NCBI GenBank assembly: GCA_965216875.1 | Contig: OZ244207.1 | Coordinates: 1,088,001 to 1,152,000, forward strand | Origin: Rubripirellula sp. | GTDB lineage: Bacteria; Planctomycetota; Planctomycetia; Pirellulales; Pirellulaceae | Length of the DNA stretch: 64,000 nt | Direction of reading: 5' to 3' | Part shown: positions 41,884 to 53,367 of the stretch, piece by piece | Layout: the number at the start of each line of letters is the position of its first letter | Numbering within the stretch: position 1 is the stretch's first letter | Made by a program: the position numbers and the translations under genes | Notes under the pieces: model-generated | Databases searched by the model: none | Told to the model about the DNA's origin: nothing | The model's input: only the letters and a program-made list of their open reading frames with translations

Positions 41884-44763
41884 TCAGCGACTCGATCGAA
41901 GCCGAGGATCGTCCGTTCGTGCAAGTTCTTCATCAAGCCGCTTTCGCAGACGCTTCTTGACCGAGTCATAATCTGCTTCGTGCGCGACGTTTGTCAGCTG
42001 CGCGGGATCCTTGCGGAGGTCGTAAAGTTCTTCGTCAGGCCGTTTGCCGAAAGTGAGTTCCGCGAAGCGAGCAGTTTTCGGTTCCGTGCGGTGGAGTCGC
42101 AGCCATTGCTTTGAGGGTGAAGGGTCGACGTTGTGCGAGAAGGCACCCTGATCGGTCGGCCACGGATTAGTCGAGAAATCATACGCCGGAGGATTGCCAG
42201 GTTTCGCGCCGGTCGGCCAGTTCTCGACACCAAAGTTTCGGATGTACAGATAGTCGGGCGTGCGAATCGCACGAGACGGATTCAAATAGACGTGCTTTTC
42301 CATTCCGGTAAAAACGGCGTCGCGTGTGGCATCGATTTGTCCGGATCGCTTTGAAAAGAGGATCGGCAACAAACTGTTGCCGGTCATTTGCGAGGAGCGT
42401 TTCAAGCCAGCTGATTCGAGGAACGTTGGCGCCAAATCACACAAGCTGACAAAGTCATCAACGATCCGTCCGCTTGGGACGCGTGATCCCCATCGGATGG
42501 CAAGTGGCACACGTGTTCCCATGTCGTAAAGTGTCGCTTTGCAGCGTGGAAAGGGCATTCCGTTGTCGCCACTGACTACCACGATCGTTTGATCCAGTTC
42601 ACCCATCGATTCGAGATGCTCGAGGATCTGCCCCACTTCACGGTCAAATCGCTGGACTTCCCAAAGGTAGTCGGCGACGTCCGATCGAACGGCGTCAACA
42701 TTGGGCAGGCAGTCGGGGACTTTGACCTTGTCGATATCGATGCCGCTGTTTGCACCGACGCCTTGTTCGTAGGGGCGATGGGGATCCTGGCCACCGTGCC
42801 AATAACAAAAGGGCTCGCCTTTCTTTCGGTCCTTCAAGAAGGCTTCAAAGGAGCGGTATCGCTGGCCGAACGAATCCCGATTGCGGAACGTGTGTTTGCT
42901 TGGCCAGACGCCTTTGCCGAACCTGCCAATCCGGTAACCCGCTTTTTGAAGCAGTTCGGTGTAGACATTGTAGTTCTCGCGAAGCGAACCACCGAGACTT
43001 GCGCCCTCCTTGAGCCGCCAGTGATGCTGGCCCGTCAACACGCTCAAGCGACTTGGCGTGCATGAGGGTGTCGACACGAACGCGTTCGAGAACAGCACAC
43101 CCTCGTTGGCGACGCGGTCAAAGTGAGGCGTTTTGACAACTGGGTCGCCGAGGATGCTCGCATGCGGCCAAGACCAATCGTCGGCCATGCAAAACACAAT
43201 GTTTGGGCGTCCGGCTGATAGAGCATTTGGTCGGCGCTCGGCGGACGCGGGAACTTGCCGAGGTGGCGGCAGCGTGGCCCACATCTGTTGGCTGAGTTTG
43301 GTGAGCGTTTGTTTGTTCTCGGCTCGACCCGCGAGGTTTGTGGTCTCTTGAGGATCCTTGCGGTGGTCGTACAGTTCGGTTTCGACGGTCTTTCCCGTTC
43401 GCCGATCCTGCCATTCGACGTAGCGAAAACGGTCGGTCCGCATCGCGTAGCCCATCAAGGTGACTCGACCTCTTCTACGTTGAAACTGGCTAAATGCCGC
43501 CGTTTTCCACGGTTGGTTTGGTGTGGAAAGGAGCGGCAGCATACTGCGACCTTCGAGCAGACTTGGGGTAGGCAGGCCTGACAAATCGCAAAGGGTTGGG
43601 AAGAGGTCGACTAGTTCGACCAACGCGCTGCTCGACTGGCCGTTTCCCTTGGCTTGCGGGGCTCGAATGATCAACGGCACGCGCGTGTCGATCTCGTAGT
43701 TGGTTTGTTTGCACCAGCTGTTGTGTTCGCCCAGCTTCCAACCATGGTCGCTCCAGAGCACCACGATTGTGTTGTCGTGGAGCCCTAGTGTTTGCAACTC
43801 TTCAAGCAGTAGACCGACTTGGGCATCGATGAAGCTGACCGCAGCGTAGTAGCCGTGACGCAAACGCCGTTGTTGTGCTTCGGATAGCGAACCGACATCG
43901 GGGCGCGGCGTGCCATAGAAATCCATGTAGTCGCGCAGTTCGTACATCGTGTTCATCGCCAGCGGTGGCGCACCGACGGGAAGGGCGCGGTTGTCGGCGA
44001 GCGGGATCTCGTCGCGGTCATACATCTCCCAATATTTGCGAGGCACAACAAAGGGAAGGTGCGGCCGAACAAACCCGGCGGCCAGAAAGAACGGCTGATC
44101 TTGTTCTGCCAGTTCCTTCATCGCTCGAAGGGTTTGTTGAGTGATCCCGCCGTCGATGTGCTGGTGGTCTTCGAGGTCGACAATCTCAGTCGCCGGGGCT
44201 CGCATCCGGTTAATCTGTTGCGGAGTCTTGCCGTCCGTTCGCATCCCATCCTTGAAGTCTCTGAGTCGTTTCTGGGCGGACCTCGACCAAAGCCGCGTTC
44301 CCTGGGGCCATTGATGTGGCTGACTCCAAGATTGGTTGTCTGGCCACGGATTGTGAAAAATCTTGCCAAACGAAACCGCCCGGTAGCCGTTCTGTTTGAA
44401 GTGCGCCGGCAGGGTGAGCGTGTCGGGCATCGTTTCACGAAATCGCGTTCGCAGGTCCCAGACCTTGGTTGTGTCAGGACGCAGTCCGGTCAGCACGCTG
44501 ACTCGCGAGGGATTGCAAACGGCAAGTTGGCAATAGGCTCGTTCGAATCTCACTCCGCTCGAAGCCAAGCGATCAATCGCCGGAGTCTTGATCGCGTCGA
44601 CGCCGTAGCATCCCAATTCGGGACGCAGGTCATCGATCGCGATGAAGAGCACGTTGGGCCGTACGAGATCGGCACCGACACAGCTTGTCGATTGATGAGT
44701 GATCGCCGCTGGCAGCAGCGCCGCGGCAAAGAAGAAGGCGTTTAGTCTCATCGACGCAAACAT
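41884..44763 (-). CDS. Tandem double sulfatase (iduronate-2-sulfatase-like + N-sulfoglucosamine sulfohydrolase-like)
   Basis: Two full formylglycine-sulfatase modules: PNVLFIAIDD...CNPSR...SDHG and PNIVFCMADD...CTPSR...GDNG; signal peptide. Confidence 0.93.
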   Translation of the reverse strand: MFASMRLNAFFFAAALLPAAITHQSTSCVGADLVRPNVLFIAIDDLRPELGCYGVDAIKTPAIDRLASSGVRFERAYCQLAVCNPSRVSVLTGLRPDTTKVWDLRTRFRETMPDTLTLPAHFKQNGYRAVSFGKIFHNPWPDNQSWSQPHQWPQGTRLWSRSAQKRLRDFKDGMRTDGKTPQQINRMRAPATEIVDLEDHQHIDGGITQQTLRAMKELAEQDQPFFLAAGFVRPHLPFVVPRKYWEMYDRDEIPLADNRALPVGAPPLAMNTMYELRDYMDFYGTPRPDVGSLSEAQQRRLRHGYYAAVSFIDAQVGLLLEELQTLGLHDNTIVVLWSDHGWKLGEHNSWCKQTNYEIDTRVPLIIRAPQAKGNGQSSSALVELVDLFPTLCDLSGLPTPSLLEGRSMLPLLSTPNQPWKTAAFSQFQRRRGRVTLMGYAMRTDRFRYVEWQDRRTGKTVETELYDHRKDPQETTNLAGRAENKQTLTKLSQQMWATLPPPRQVPASAERRPNALSAGRPNIVFCMADDWSWPHASILGDPVVKTPHFDRVANEGVLFSNAFVSTPSCTPSRLSVLTGQHHWRLKEGASLGGSLRENYNVYTELLQKAGYRIGRFGKGVWPSKHTFRNRDSFGQRYRSFEAFLKDRKKGEPFCYWHGGQDPHRPYEQGVGANSGIDIDKVKVPDCLPNVDAVRSDVADYLWEVQRFDREVGQILEHLESMGELDQTIVVVSGDNGMPFPRCKATLYDMGTRVPLAIRWGSRVPSGRIVDDFVSLCDLAPTFLESAGLKRSSQMTGNSLLPILFSKRSGQIDATRDAVFTGMEKHVYLNPSRAIRTPDYLYIRNFGVENWPTGAKPGNPPAYDFSTNPWPTDQGAFSHNVDPSPSKQWLRLHRTEPKTARFAELTFGKRPDEELYDLRKDPAQLTNVAHEADYDSVKKRLRKRLDEELARTDDPRLRSSR

Positions 44764-44853
44764 CCCGAAGGGCGGGGCGGGGAAGGGGCGAGACTTCCCA
44801 GCTTAACCGATGCGGGCTGCGACGATTGCGTTACGCCAATCAATACCCTTGGA

Positions 44854-45816
44854 TCAATACTCCTCGATCACTTCCTTGCCATTGCGGGTGGCGAGCGCAT
44901 CGTAGACTTCGGCGTCAATGTTCTCTGTGATTGCTCGAACCGATCCATCGCAGAGAACAAACTGGCAAAGTCCCGAGTGCGGAGCGGAAAGGCCTTTGTC
45001 GTCGCCATCAAGTTGGTTCGGACGGAACTGTGTTTCGAACAGAACCATGTGGCCGTGGTCATCGGTGTACTCGGTGACTTCACGTACCGCGGCGATCCAA
45101 GCGTTTTCGAATTCCGAGTGTCCGCCTGCCGTGGTTGTGCTTGAGGGGATGGGGCCGTTGTGACGTTCGCCGAACGCGAGCGTATTGGAAAGTCCGTCCA
45201 TCACCGCCGAGACTCGGGTGAAGCTGTTTCGGTAAAACACACCGCGGCTCTGGGTCGGAGTCGCGTCGAGGTTGATCGTGTCGTCAGCCGGCCCCCAGTT
45301 TGCTGCGTACGTCGAACAAGCGTAGCGTTCGATGGGCGTGACCGAATCGTCGCGGACGACATACCAGTTGGGCGAGTAGGTATCGCTGGGGCAAAGGAAG
45401 ACGGGAAGGTGGACCTCTCGAACCGCTCGGTTGGCATCGTGCCAAATCGGGACTTCGAAGTTGATCTGTTCGTAAAGTCCGCCTTCCTCAAGTTGCGGAA
45501 GCATGGCCGCGCCCCAAGCCAAGCCCATATGGTTGGCTTGCTCTTCGGCGGACCCAGCTGGCCCATACTTATGAAGGTAGCCAGCAGGGAAATGTTTGAA
45601 GGCCGACTCGTAATTGTGCAACGCGAGTCCAATTTGCTTCATGTTGTTTTGGCACGACATGCGACGCGCCGCTTCGCGGGCAGCGCCGACGGCCGGAAGT
45701 AGCAGGGCGACCAGGATGCCGATAATGGAGATCACGACAAGGATTTCGACGAGTGTGAACCCACTCGCTCGCTTTTTCGATCGGGCGATCGTTCGGTGGT
45801 TTAGTTGATCAATCAT
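44854..45816 (-). CDS. DUF1559 protein with prepilin-type N-terminal cleavage/methylation motif
   Basis: GFTLVEILVVISIIGILVALLLPAV..AREAARR..C.NN.KQIGLALHNY, DGLSNT and H.G..QFVLCDGSVR. Confidence 0.94.
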   Translation of the reverse strand: MIDQLNHRTIARSKKRASGFTLVEILVVISIIGILVALLLPAVGAAREAARRMSCQNNMKQIGLALHNYESAFKHFPAGYLHKYGPAGSAEEQANHMGLAWGAAMLPQLEEGGLYEQINFEVPIWHDANRAVREVHLPVFLCPSDTYSPNWYVVRDDSVTPIERYACSTYAANWGPADDTINLDATPTQSRGVFYRNSFTRVSAVMDGLSNTLAFGERHNGPIPSSTTTAGGHSEFENAWIAAVREVTEYTDDHGHMVLFETQFRPNQLDGDDKGLSAPHSGLCQFVLCDGSVRAITENIDAEVYDALATRNGKEVIEEY

Positions 45817-45852
45817 GGGGTCATCCAGTTGGAATCAGAATCCGAGATAAGT

Positions 45853-47955
45853 TCAGTCTTTGCGTACGATGAATTCAAAATTATGGGTGCCTTCCCCGAG
45901 CGCTACCTTCGAAACGGCAACGCGAAATCCGCCTGCGGCTGAGAGCGAATCTGGGATTGAAGCTTTGAAGGTTGCCGAATTGTTTTCGTGCTGAGCGACA
46001 AAGGTCACGGCGACCGGTTGATCTTCCTCATTCTCAGTACGCGAAATCAGCCCATTGATTTCCGCCGCGGGAATGGGGAATTCGGTCCAGGCGCCTTCGC
46101 TCGTTTCGGTGAGCAGGTGAAAGGTGATCGTGCCATCGGAGATCGGCATGACTTCGGCGTGAAACAGTTGCTCGCCTGTTTGATGAGTGGTGTGGCCGAT
46201 CGCTACGATCTGGCCTCCGTGAGGCGCGTCGGCATGCCGATGCCCATGATCATGTGGGTGCGAGTGCGCTCCCTCAAAGTCGTCGTGCTCGTGGTCATGA
46301 GCGACACCGTCGGCATGAACATGACGGTGCTGGTGTTCGACATCCTCTTGCGTGTTGATGCTTTGATTCAAACGCGTTTCGTGGGGCGAGCGGTCTTGAT
46401 CGCGGTAGGACCGAACCCAACGTGTATTGGTTTTCAGCAGGTCGGAAACGAGGGCTCGCGTCGCCTCGATGTCGACCGGGTCATGCGCAAGTTCGTGTTC
46501 GAGGGCTTCAAGCTTCTTGCGAATCAAATAGCCCTGCATCCGTTGATAGGGTCTCAATTCACCGCGTCGAATGAGCGTTCCAACCTCGAGTCGACGGCTC
46601 CATTCGTCCCAAATCGGAATCCAGAACATTGCATGTTCAGCGTTGCCGCTATTGGCGGCCGAGAGCGTTTCTGCGCGTGCAACCTTGATCTCTTCGAGCG
46701 ATTCCTCGGCCGACGGATAAAACGCATAGCACATTACGATGCTGAGCGCAATCAGGCCGACGAGCATCGTGGCGCCAACGGCTTGCGGCCCAACGTTCCT
46801 GTCAAACGAACCGACGCGTCCTGCATCTTTTCCGGCCGATGCGTTCCAGGATTCCAGCTTGGCCTCGTCGAGTCCGAATGCTCGAAACAGAAGCCCCAAC
46901 ACGACCAACAACGCCATCGCGCTCAACGCAACGGCCTCACCGATGTCGATGTCCTTTTTGAGCTTGTCAGTGATGAGTCTCGACGAAAGTGTATCGAGGT
47001 TGTGAACCGGGTTGGTGTAGATATCGAACGCGTGCGTGTGGTCAAACGGTTCGGCACCGGGTGGGAAAAGAGGTTTGTTGATGGCGTAGGCGATGCCGAC
47101 GACGATCAGCAATAGCGAGCCTAGCCAGATGCCGACGGAGCGACCGCCGAAGGTCTTGCCGAACCATATGAGGGTTGCAAGGTTGGCGCCGGTGCCAAGT
47201 ACCAACAAAACGAATGCCGCCCCTGGCGAATTGGCGTGTTGGAACATCATGCCAAGCTGACTCATTGCCAACATCGGCGTTGCGTAGGCTGGCAGAGCAA
47301 CCGCGGTCATCTTGGCCGGCGCGAGCCAGTCGTCGCGATTGACTTCACTTTGCAGCGTTCCCCACGGAAGCACGGCGGCAAGGAGCACCAATCCCAGGAG
47401 CCCCACGATTGCCCAGCCGCCTGATCGACCAGCCAATTCGCGTGTGATTTGGACGAGAATTGCGAGCAGGCGTGTGACGCCAATCACCTCGCTGTCTTTC
47501 ACGTCGTCGGCCCGATCGTCTTCGGATTGGGATACACGCCGGTCCCATACGACGCCGACCAAAGTCACAACGATCAATGATCCGAATGCAAAGAAAAGGA
47601 TCACGTAGGGTCGCGCCAGCGTCAGCCCATAAAGCAGCGACAGCGGATTGAACAGCGGTGCGGCGAGTGCGAACGCACTCATTGCACCCGGCTTGATGCG
47701 ACAGCGCCGCATCTCAAAAAGGATGGGCAGAACACCGATCGAGCAGACGGGCAACAGCATGCCGACTGCCCAAGATTGCGGCAGGCTTCGCAAAGAATCA
47801 CCGCCAAACAGCTTACGCGTGCCCTCTTTGCCGAGGTAGTAGCGAAGGACAGCGGCGATCAGCAAACCGACCAGCAAGGTTGGCGTTGCTGAGATTGCGC
47901 CTTCGAGCAGACGGATGAATCCGCCCACGGTCGCTTTGGTCAACCAATCGCTCAT
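45853..47955 (-). CDS. DUF318/ArsP-like permease fused to His-rich and soluble C-terminal domains
   Basis: [18 protein letters not shown] and [12 protein letters not shown]; many TMs; [10 protein letters not shown]...HPHDHGHRH followed by a PHGG domain. Confidence 0.8.
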   Translation of the reverse strand: MSDWLTKATVGGFIRLLEGAISATPTLLVGLLIAAVLRYYLGKEGTRKLFGGDSLRSLPQSWAVGMLLPVCSIGVLPILFEMRRCRIKPGAMSAFALAAPLFNPLSLLYGLTLARPYVILFFAFGSLIVVTLVGVVWDRRVSQSEDDRADDVKDSEVIGVTRLLAILVQITRELAGRSGGWAIVGLLGLVLLAAVLPWGTLQSEVNRDDWLAPAKMTAVALPAYATPMLAMSQLGMMFQHANSPGAAFVLLVLGTGANLATLIWFGKTFGGRSVGIWLGSLLLIVVGIAYAINKPLFPPGAEPFDHTHAFDIYTNPVHNLDTLSSRLITDKLKKDIDIGEAVALSAMALLVVLGLLFRAFGLDEAKLESWNASAGKDAGRVGSFDRNVGPQAVGATMLVGLIALSIVMCYAFYPSAEESLEEIKVARAETLSAANSGNAEHAMFWIPIWDEWSRRLEVGTLIRRGELRPYQRMQGYLIRKKLEALEHELAHDPVDIEATRALVSDLLKTNTRWVRSYRDQDRSPHETRLNQSINTQEDVEHQHRHVHADGVAHDHEHDDFEGAHSHPHDHGHRHADAPHGGQIVAIGHTTHQTGEQLFHAEVMPISDGTITFHLLTETSEGAWTEFPIPAAEINGLISRTENEEDQPVAVTFVAQHENNSATFKASIPDSLSAAGGFRVAVSKVALGEGTHNFEFIVRKD

Positions 47956-48659
47956 GAATCACCCTCGACTTTGTCGCTAGGGTGCTCGTGGTCATCATGG
48001 TCGTGGTCGTGGCCATGATCGTGATCACCGTGCGCATGATCATGATCATGATCATGATCATGCCCGTGTCCGTGCTCGCCGTGATCATGCCCGTGCTCGC
48101 CGTGGGGATGTCCATGCTCGTGCGAATGCCCATGGTCGTGATCGTGCCCATGGTCGCCGTGATCATGCCCATGCCCATGATCGTGATCATGATGATGGTG
48201 CCCGTGAGGCTGGAACCGACCGGCCCGTCGTTCGTCCTCCGGCAATTGGCTCCATGCAGCGTCGATCAACACACATAGGCTCTCGGCCTTTTGAACGCTC
48301 TCGTCGTCCCAAGTGCCATCGTTGTCGAGCAGACGAAGTCTCAACGATTCGCTTGCTTGGTAGATCGGATCCCACTGCTTTTCGGGCATGCTTGTGTCGG
48401 CTGCAAACTCAGGCGTCCACGAAACCAAGTCAACCAACTCGGAGGCCGCTTCTTCGCTCTTGAGGTTCGCGAGCCGCCGGCGGATCTTTGTTGACGTGTC
48501 ACCAAGGCTCTCGGGCCAATGATGAGGAGTGTCGTGGCTGTGATCGTGCAGCGATGTCTTCTCTGGGTCGCTCGAGCACCCGCCGGCGCAGACGGCGATC
48601 GCAACCGAAAAAACGATCGCGAGATTCAAAGGGAAAGATGTTCGATTGCTGGGCATCAT
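47952..48659 (-). CDS. His-rich putative lipoprotein
   Basis: Lipobox-like [18 protein letters not shown]; ~70-aa His/Asp/Gly tail. Overlaps both neighbours by ATGA. Confidence 0.8.
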   Translation of the reverse strand: MMPSNRTSFPLNLAIVFSVAIAVCAGGCSSDPEKTSLHDHSHDTPHHWPESLGDTSTKIRRRLANLKSEEAASELVDLVSWTPEFAADTSMPEKQWDPIYQASESLRLRLLDNDGTWDDESVQKAESLCVLIDAAWSQLPEDERRAGRFQPHGHHHHDHDHGHGHDHGDHGHDHDHGHSHEHGHPHGEHGHDHGEHGHGHDHDHDHDHAHGDHDHGHDHDHDDHEHPSDKVEGDS

Positions 48660-49627
48660 CGGTACTCTGGTACTGGTACGTCGTCCATGATCTTTGAGAT
48701 GACGCTCTCGACGTCGCCGCCTGTGGTGAGCAATCGGACGGACAAGACGGGACGGGCGACATGTGCAATGTCGCTGGGCGTGACAAAATCTCGCTGATTC
48801 ACGACGGCCCAAGCTTGGGCGATGCGTTGCCAGTGCAGCATGCCACGGGGACTGACGCCAAGTTGAATCGAAGAGTCGTTGCGTGTCGCTTCGACGAGAT
48901 CGACAAGGTATTCGCGAACGCGCGGGTGGACGGTGATTCGCGAGCTGTGTTGTTGCAGCCGAGCAAGCTCATCAAGCGGCAACACAGGTTCGAGGTCCAA
49001 GTTGTCGTGCGTGCCGCTCGCGGCAGACTCCAAAATCTCGAGCTGAGCGGAGCGATCGGGATAGCCAATTTCGAGCTTGATGGAGAAGCGATCGAGCTGG
49101 GCCTCGGGCAACGGGTAAGCGCCGTGCGAGTCGATTGGGTTCTGTGTCGCGATGACAAAGAAGGTGTCGGCAAGCGTGTGCGGCACAGCGTCAATGGTGA
49201 CTTGCCGTTCGGCCATCGCTTCGAGCAACGCACTTTGCGTTCGCGGGGTGGTGCGATTCAGCTCGTCGGCCAGCATCACATCAGCAAAGACAGGGCCCGG
49301 GTGAAACTCGAACTCGCGAGATTTTTGGTTAAACAGGTTGAACCCCGTCACGTCCGTTGGAAGCAAGTCGGGCGTGCACTGGATTCGTGCTAAACGGCCA
49401 CCGAGACAGGCCGCCAACGCCTTGGCCAGCGTCGTTTTTCCTGTTCCGGGAAGGTCATCAAGCAAGAGGTGACCACGAGCGAGCAAGCAGGCGATCACGA
49501 GGTCGATTTGATCCGATTTGCCTAGCAGGACACGTCCGAGTTGCTGGCGGAGTGCGGCGAGGTGGTTTTCCAAGTCTTGCGCTTGAACTGGGATCGGCGT
49601 TTCTTGTTCTTTTGTCATAGCGTTCAT
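48656..49627 (-). CDS. moxR: MoxR family AAA+ ATPase
   Basis: [43 protein letters not shown] and LPEAQLDRF. Confidence 0.95.
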   Translation of the reverse strand: MNAMTKEQETPIPVQAQDLENHLAALRQQLGRVLLGKSDQIDLVIACLLARGHLLLDDLPGTGKTTLAKALAACLGGRLARIQCTPDLLPTDVTGFNLFNQKSREFEFHPGPVFADVMLADELNRTTPRTQSALLEAMAERQVTIDAVPHTLADTFFVIATQNPIDSHGAYPLPEAQLDRFSIKLEIGYPDRSAQLEILESAASGTHDNLDLEPVLPLDELARLQQHSSRITVHPRVREYLVDLVEATRNDSSIQLGVSPRGMLHWQRIAQAWAVVNQRDFVTPSDIAHVARPVLSVRLLTTGGDVESVISKIMDDVPVPEYR

Positions 49628-52062
49628 GCGCGGACTCCTTGTTGCGAAATCTCCTCAAATGTGCCCCGCGAGATGTAGCGAGTCGTGATCTGTCGGACGA
49701 GCAGATTGGCTGGGGCGGACCAGTCTGCGACGACCTTGCCGCCAAAGACGAGACGGTCAGCGGCGTTGCAGCATTCAACAGCGCTCGCGGCGAGTTGATC
49801 GTCGCTCCGTGTAAGCAAAAGCAACCAGTCGCGCTGAGGCATTCCCGTACGTCTAGGTTTACCCGCCAAGACCGCGCGCCATTGCAGGATTCCAAGCAGC
49901 ACTCGAACACGTTGTCGATCCGGAAGCACCCGACCGAACAACCATGCACTTCGAGCGGCAAGTTCAAACCAAAGGACGCGGGTGAAGTAGACAAACACGA
50001 TCAACAATGCGATCGACAGAGCTTCTTTCCAATGTGCTGCGGCATACCGTTTGGCCAACAACCAATTTGATGGATGGTATTTCGGTTGCCGATAACCCGG
50101 GGTTGGCTCGACTTCCATCCAGCGTCCGTCTTTCAGTTGAACCTCGGTCCAAGTGTGGACGTCTTCGGCGACAACCGAGGCATGGCCCTGGCCAACATCG
50201 AGGGCGCTGGGGCGAACATAGAAACCAGAGACCAGTCGTGTGTTCAAGCCGATGGCTCGTCCCATTTCGGCCGCTGCCGTGGCGAACAGGTGGTCGCCAC
50301 CACGTTTGGATACGAAGAAACGTTCAAGCGGGTCGTCGCTATCGGAGTCGGCTTGACGATCAAATTCAAACTCGTCGCGAAGGTGTTCGACGATCGCCTG
50401 CAATTGCCGGTACTCGTTCGTTTCGCCGGCGGTCAGCTCCTTTGCCAACTTAGCAGCCAGAAGGCGGCCTGCGGTTTCCGTTTTTTGATCGACCGGTTCT
50501 TGGTTTCGATTCAAGCGGCGAATCTTCGGAAGCGATTCGACTTGCTTCAAGTAGGCTTGGCGATCAGCCAACGCATTCTCTTCGAGCAAGTCATCTTCCA
50601 TCACCTTCGATGCCGCCATGTGAATGATCGTCAGTGGCGGGATCTTGACGCGGCCCGGCATGTAAAGTGAACCGTCGTCTTCGATGCCAAAGAAGTCACG
50701 TCGCTGGATATCCTTGATGTAGACACCGCCGGTCATCATCGGAGCCGGAATGCGGGTCGAATCGAGACGCATGACCTTGAGGATGCCGCCATGGCGAAAG
50801 AGTTCCTTGCCCTTGGCGAGTCGGCTGGCTTGTTCTGGGGAAAAAAACCAATCCTCTTCGCCGAGCTTCACGAGCTTCAACTGTTCTCGTTTCCAACTCC
50901 TGTCTTGCGACCAAAGGACGCCATCAAAGGTGTCGTAGCGATTCATTGCCAACCGAATGCCGGTCGGACCGATCCATTGCACGACAGCGGGCTCTTTGGC
51001 GTCACTGAGGTGTTGGTGGGGAATCGGTTTGTCGCGCGACGTCGAAAAGGAACTGCCGCCACGCTCGCTCTTTGCAGTACGCTGGTGCGCCTCGATGATC
51101 TTCTCGGGCGTCATCCCCTGACGTTTTTCCCAGATCTGTTTCAGCTTGGGTTGTCCGAGCGAATCACTGAACATGTCGTAGAGTGTCGATTCGGTCGACT
51201 CCAAGAAGAGTTCCGATTCAACGGCGCCAAACGACTCGGCGTGGTCCTTGGCAGCGATCGCCGCATCGCCACTCCCAACGCCCGATCGAGCGGCGGGGTC
51301 GGACCAGCTTGAGCCACCACTGGCTGGCATGATGCCCCAGGTGAATCGATCGGCTTTGGAAGCGCGACCATGGATCATCCAGCCGCCAAACACGAACACC
51401 GCGAGTCCAATGAGCACGGTCAACGGTTGAACTCGAACGCTTCGTCGCACTTGATCGGGCGTGCATGACGAAACGCGTTCCCAATGATTGGCGACCATGT
51501 GCCAAAGGCAAAACGTGATCCACAGGAGCGCGGGCGTCAGTGCTCGATTGCTGTCCGAAATCATTGCCGTGAACAGAATCAGGAACCCACTGGTGACCAC
51601 CGAGAGGGCCAGGTTGCGACGTGAACGAGCACAGAGTGCAAGTGCGAGTGAGCCGACGCCCAGTGTGGCGATCGCCGACATTTCAAATGGAATCGGCGAG
51701 CCGAGTTGGCGGGCAACGACCGCAAAGAACAGCGGTGTGCCGAGCGATCCGGCAATGCAACCCGTCCGAAGCCGACTCGGCTTGTTGTAGAGAAAGATGA
51801 GAGCGATGGTGAACGCAGCAATCGATATCAGCTCGGCTGCACACCACGCTCGTGATTCGAATGTAAAACGAAGTAGCCAAACGCCGCCGAGTCCAATGAA
51901 AGCGAGCACGGCGCATTCGATTGCGCGTCGAAGGTCGCCGACGCTCCCATCGCTTGCACTGCCAACACTTGCGCGCTCGACGCGGCTTGCCGTGACCGTC
52001 GATTCGGTCTCGGTGGCGTTGGGTTCGCTTTCTGGACTGCGTTCAGGCAGCGATTGGGACAT
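49624..52062 (-). CDS. Membrane transglutaminase-like protein (DUF3488/TgpA-like architecture), catalytic Cys replaced
   Basis: About 6 N-terminal TMs; YDTFDG..W; DPLERFF...GGDHLFATA...RLVSGF...HTWTEV...W...EPTPG. Confidence 0.85.
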   Translation of the reverse strand: MSQSLPERSPESEPNATETESTVTASRVERASVGSASDGSVGDLRRAIECAVLAFIGLGGVWLLRFTFESRAWCAAELISIAAFTIALIFLYNKPSRLRTGCIAGSLGTPLFFAVVARQLGSPIPFEMSAIATLGVGSLALALCARSRRNLALSVVTSGFLILFTAMISDSNRALTPALLWITFCLWHMVANHWERVSSCTPDQVRRSVRVQPLTVLIGLAVFVFGGWMIHGRASKADRFTWGIMPASGGSSWSDPAARSGVGSGDAAIAAKDHAESFGAVESELFLESTESTLYDMFSDSLGQPKLKQIWEKRQGMTPEKIIEAHQRTAKSERGGSSFSTSRDKPIPHQHLSDAKEPAVVQWIGPTGIRLAMNRYDTFDGVLWSQDRSWKREQLKLVKLGEEDWFFSPEQASRLAKGKELFRHGGILKVMRLDSTRIPAPMMTGGVYIKDIQRRDFFGIEDDGSLYMPGRVKIPPLTIIHMAASKVMEDDLLEENALADRQAYLKQVESLPKIRRLNRNQEPVDQKTETAGRLLAAKLAKELTAGETNEYRQLQAIVEHLRDEFEFDRQADSDSDDPLERFFVSKRGGDHLFATAAAEMGRAIGLNTRLVSGFYVRPSALDVGQGHASVVAEDVHTWTEVQLKDGRWMEVEPTPGYRQPKYHPSNWLLAKRYAAAHWKEALSIALLIVFVYFTRVLWFELAARSAWLFGRVLPDRQRVRVLLGILQWRAVLAGKPRRTGMPQRDWLLLLTRSDDQLAASAVECCNAADRLVFGGKVVADWSAPANLLVRQITTRYISRGTFEEISQQGVRA

Positions 52063-53257
52063 AGCCAAACTCCTGCCAGAACGGACTAAGTTGTTTTCCA
52101 AGCGGCTCGTCGCATCGAATCAAAATGCGACGAGAGGTGCTGGATGAACGGGACGTGGCATTGGGGTCGATGATGTCGACCGCGACGAGATCGCCGGTTT
52201 GGCCACCCCGTATTTCGATTGCGATTCGTTGTCGCGACGGTGTTTGCGTTGTTGTTTCGTCAACGCCATCAACAGGCACGCGGGCCAGTGCGTCAAGCAA
52301 CTGGCGGCGACCAAGGTGCCCCGACGCTTGCCGAACGGCTTGGTCGCCAATGGAAACTCGCATCGGTATGTGTGCACCTTGTAAGTGACACACGATACTC
52401 GCGGCGACGCGAATACGATCGGCAAGCGAGTCTCTGGTTTCTCCTTTTCCCACGCTGGGGTCGACGTGCAGATCGATTTCAACGTTCTGTGGACCGCCAC
52501 GTTCGGTCACGATGATCTTTTCGGTTCGAGCCGTCTGGGCCCAGTTGATTTGTCTCGGCGAATCGCCACGTCGAAAGTCGCGAACGCCGACAAAGTCTCC
52601 GCTTCGGCCACCACGCTCGCCGTCACCGATTTCGGCGTTCACCTTTCCGGTCAACGGGCAGGCACCAGCAATGTCGTGGACTTCCGGCCAAACGGTCATC
52701 GGTTTGACCGAGCGCAGCTCGCGACGAGCCGTCCAGATTCCGAAGGGAAACGAGCAGGCGATCTTGGGCGTTTGAACGGGATAGTGCCCACGCAGCGAAG
52801 GCTGCACGGTGATCGCGTAATCGGCAACACAGATCGGCGGCACATGGGAAAGAGCCACGACGGGAAGGGACTCGTCACCTTCACAATCGAGGTAGCCCTC
52901 AACGGCCAGGCCCCAAAGCGGCACCGGGATTCGGTTTCTTACCGAGAAGATCATTCGGCACGACGTGTTCTCGTGGACCGCGTCGACTTCGGGATGCAAC
53001 TCACAGCTCGAGGCCCAAACCGCAATCAGCGGCCAGACCATTCCCACCACAATCACGCCGGCGAGCGCAGCAGCGATCGTCCAGCCAATGGGATTGGCGT
53101 ACATCCCAACGATCACGCTTGCGGCCGTCGCAAGCACGAACCAACCAATGGGTTCTTTCAACCAATAAACAAATCGATTTGCCCAGGGACAGAAGTCGGT
53201 GGTCAGCATTCGAGCTAACCAACTCTGCTTCTGGTGGGCATCGCAAACCGTTGCCAT
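52043..53257 (-). CDS. DUF58 domain protein
   Basis: RGHY...FPFG and DFVGVRDFRRGDSPRQINWAQTAR; two N-terminal TMs. GAGGTG RBS before ATG 53257. Confidence 0.9.
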   Translation of the reverse strand: MATVCDAHQKQSWLARMLTTDFCPWANRFVYWLKEPIGWFVLATAASVIVGMYANPIGWTIAAALAGVIVVGMVWPLIAVWASSCELHPEVDAVHENTSCRMIFSVRNRIPVPLWGLAVEGYLDCEGDESLPVVALSHVPPICVADYAITVQPSLRGHYPVQTPKIACSFPFGIWTARRELRSVKPMTVWPEVHDIAGACPLTGKVNAEIGDGERGGRSGDFVGVRDFRRGDSPRQINWAQTARTEKIIVTERGGPQNVEIDLHVDPSVGKGETRDSLADRIRVAASIVCHLQGAHIPMRVSIGDQAVRQASGHLGRRQLLDALARVPVDGVDETTTQTPSRQRIAIEIRGGQTGDLVAVDIIDPNATSRSSSTSRRILIRCDEPLGKQLSPFWQEFGYVPIAA

Positions 53258-53367
53258 CACACACCTCAACAAGAAATCCGAAAAGGGGCGCACACGGGCT
53301 CAAGGTAGATCTGCGTTCAACAAGGAACGTCAGCAAGGGAGCTTCAAATGTGCGCAGCCGATAGATT

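Noticed and set aside
47975..48200. Low-complexity CATGAT/CGTGAT tandem DNA as a microsatellite or contingency locus
   Set aside because: Explained by in-frame His-Asp/Gly codons of the lipoprotein tail.
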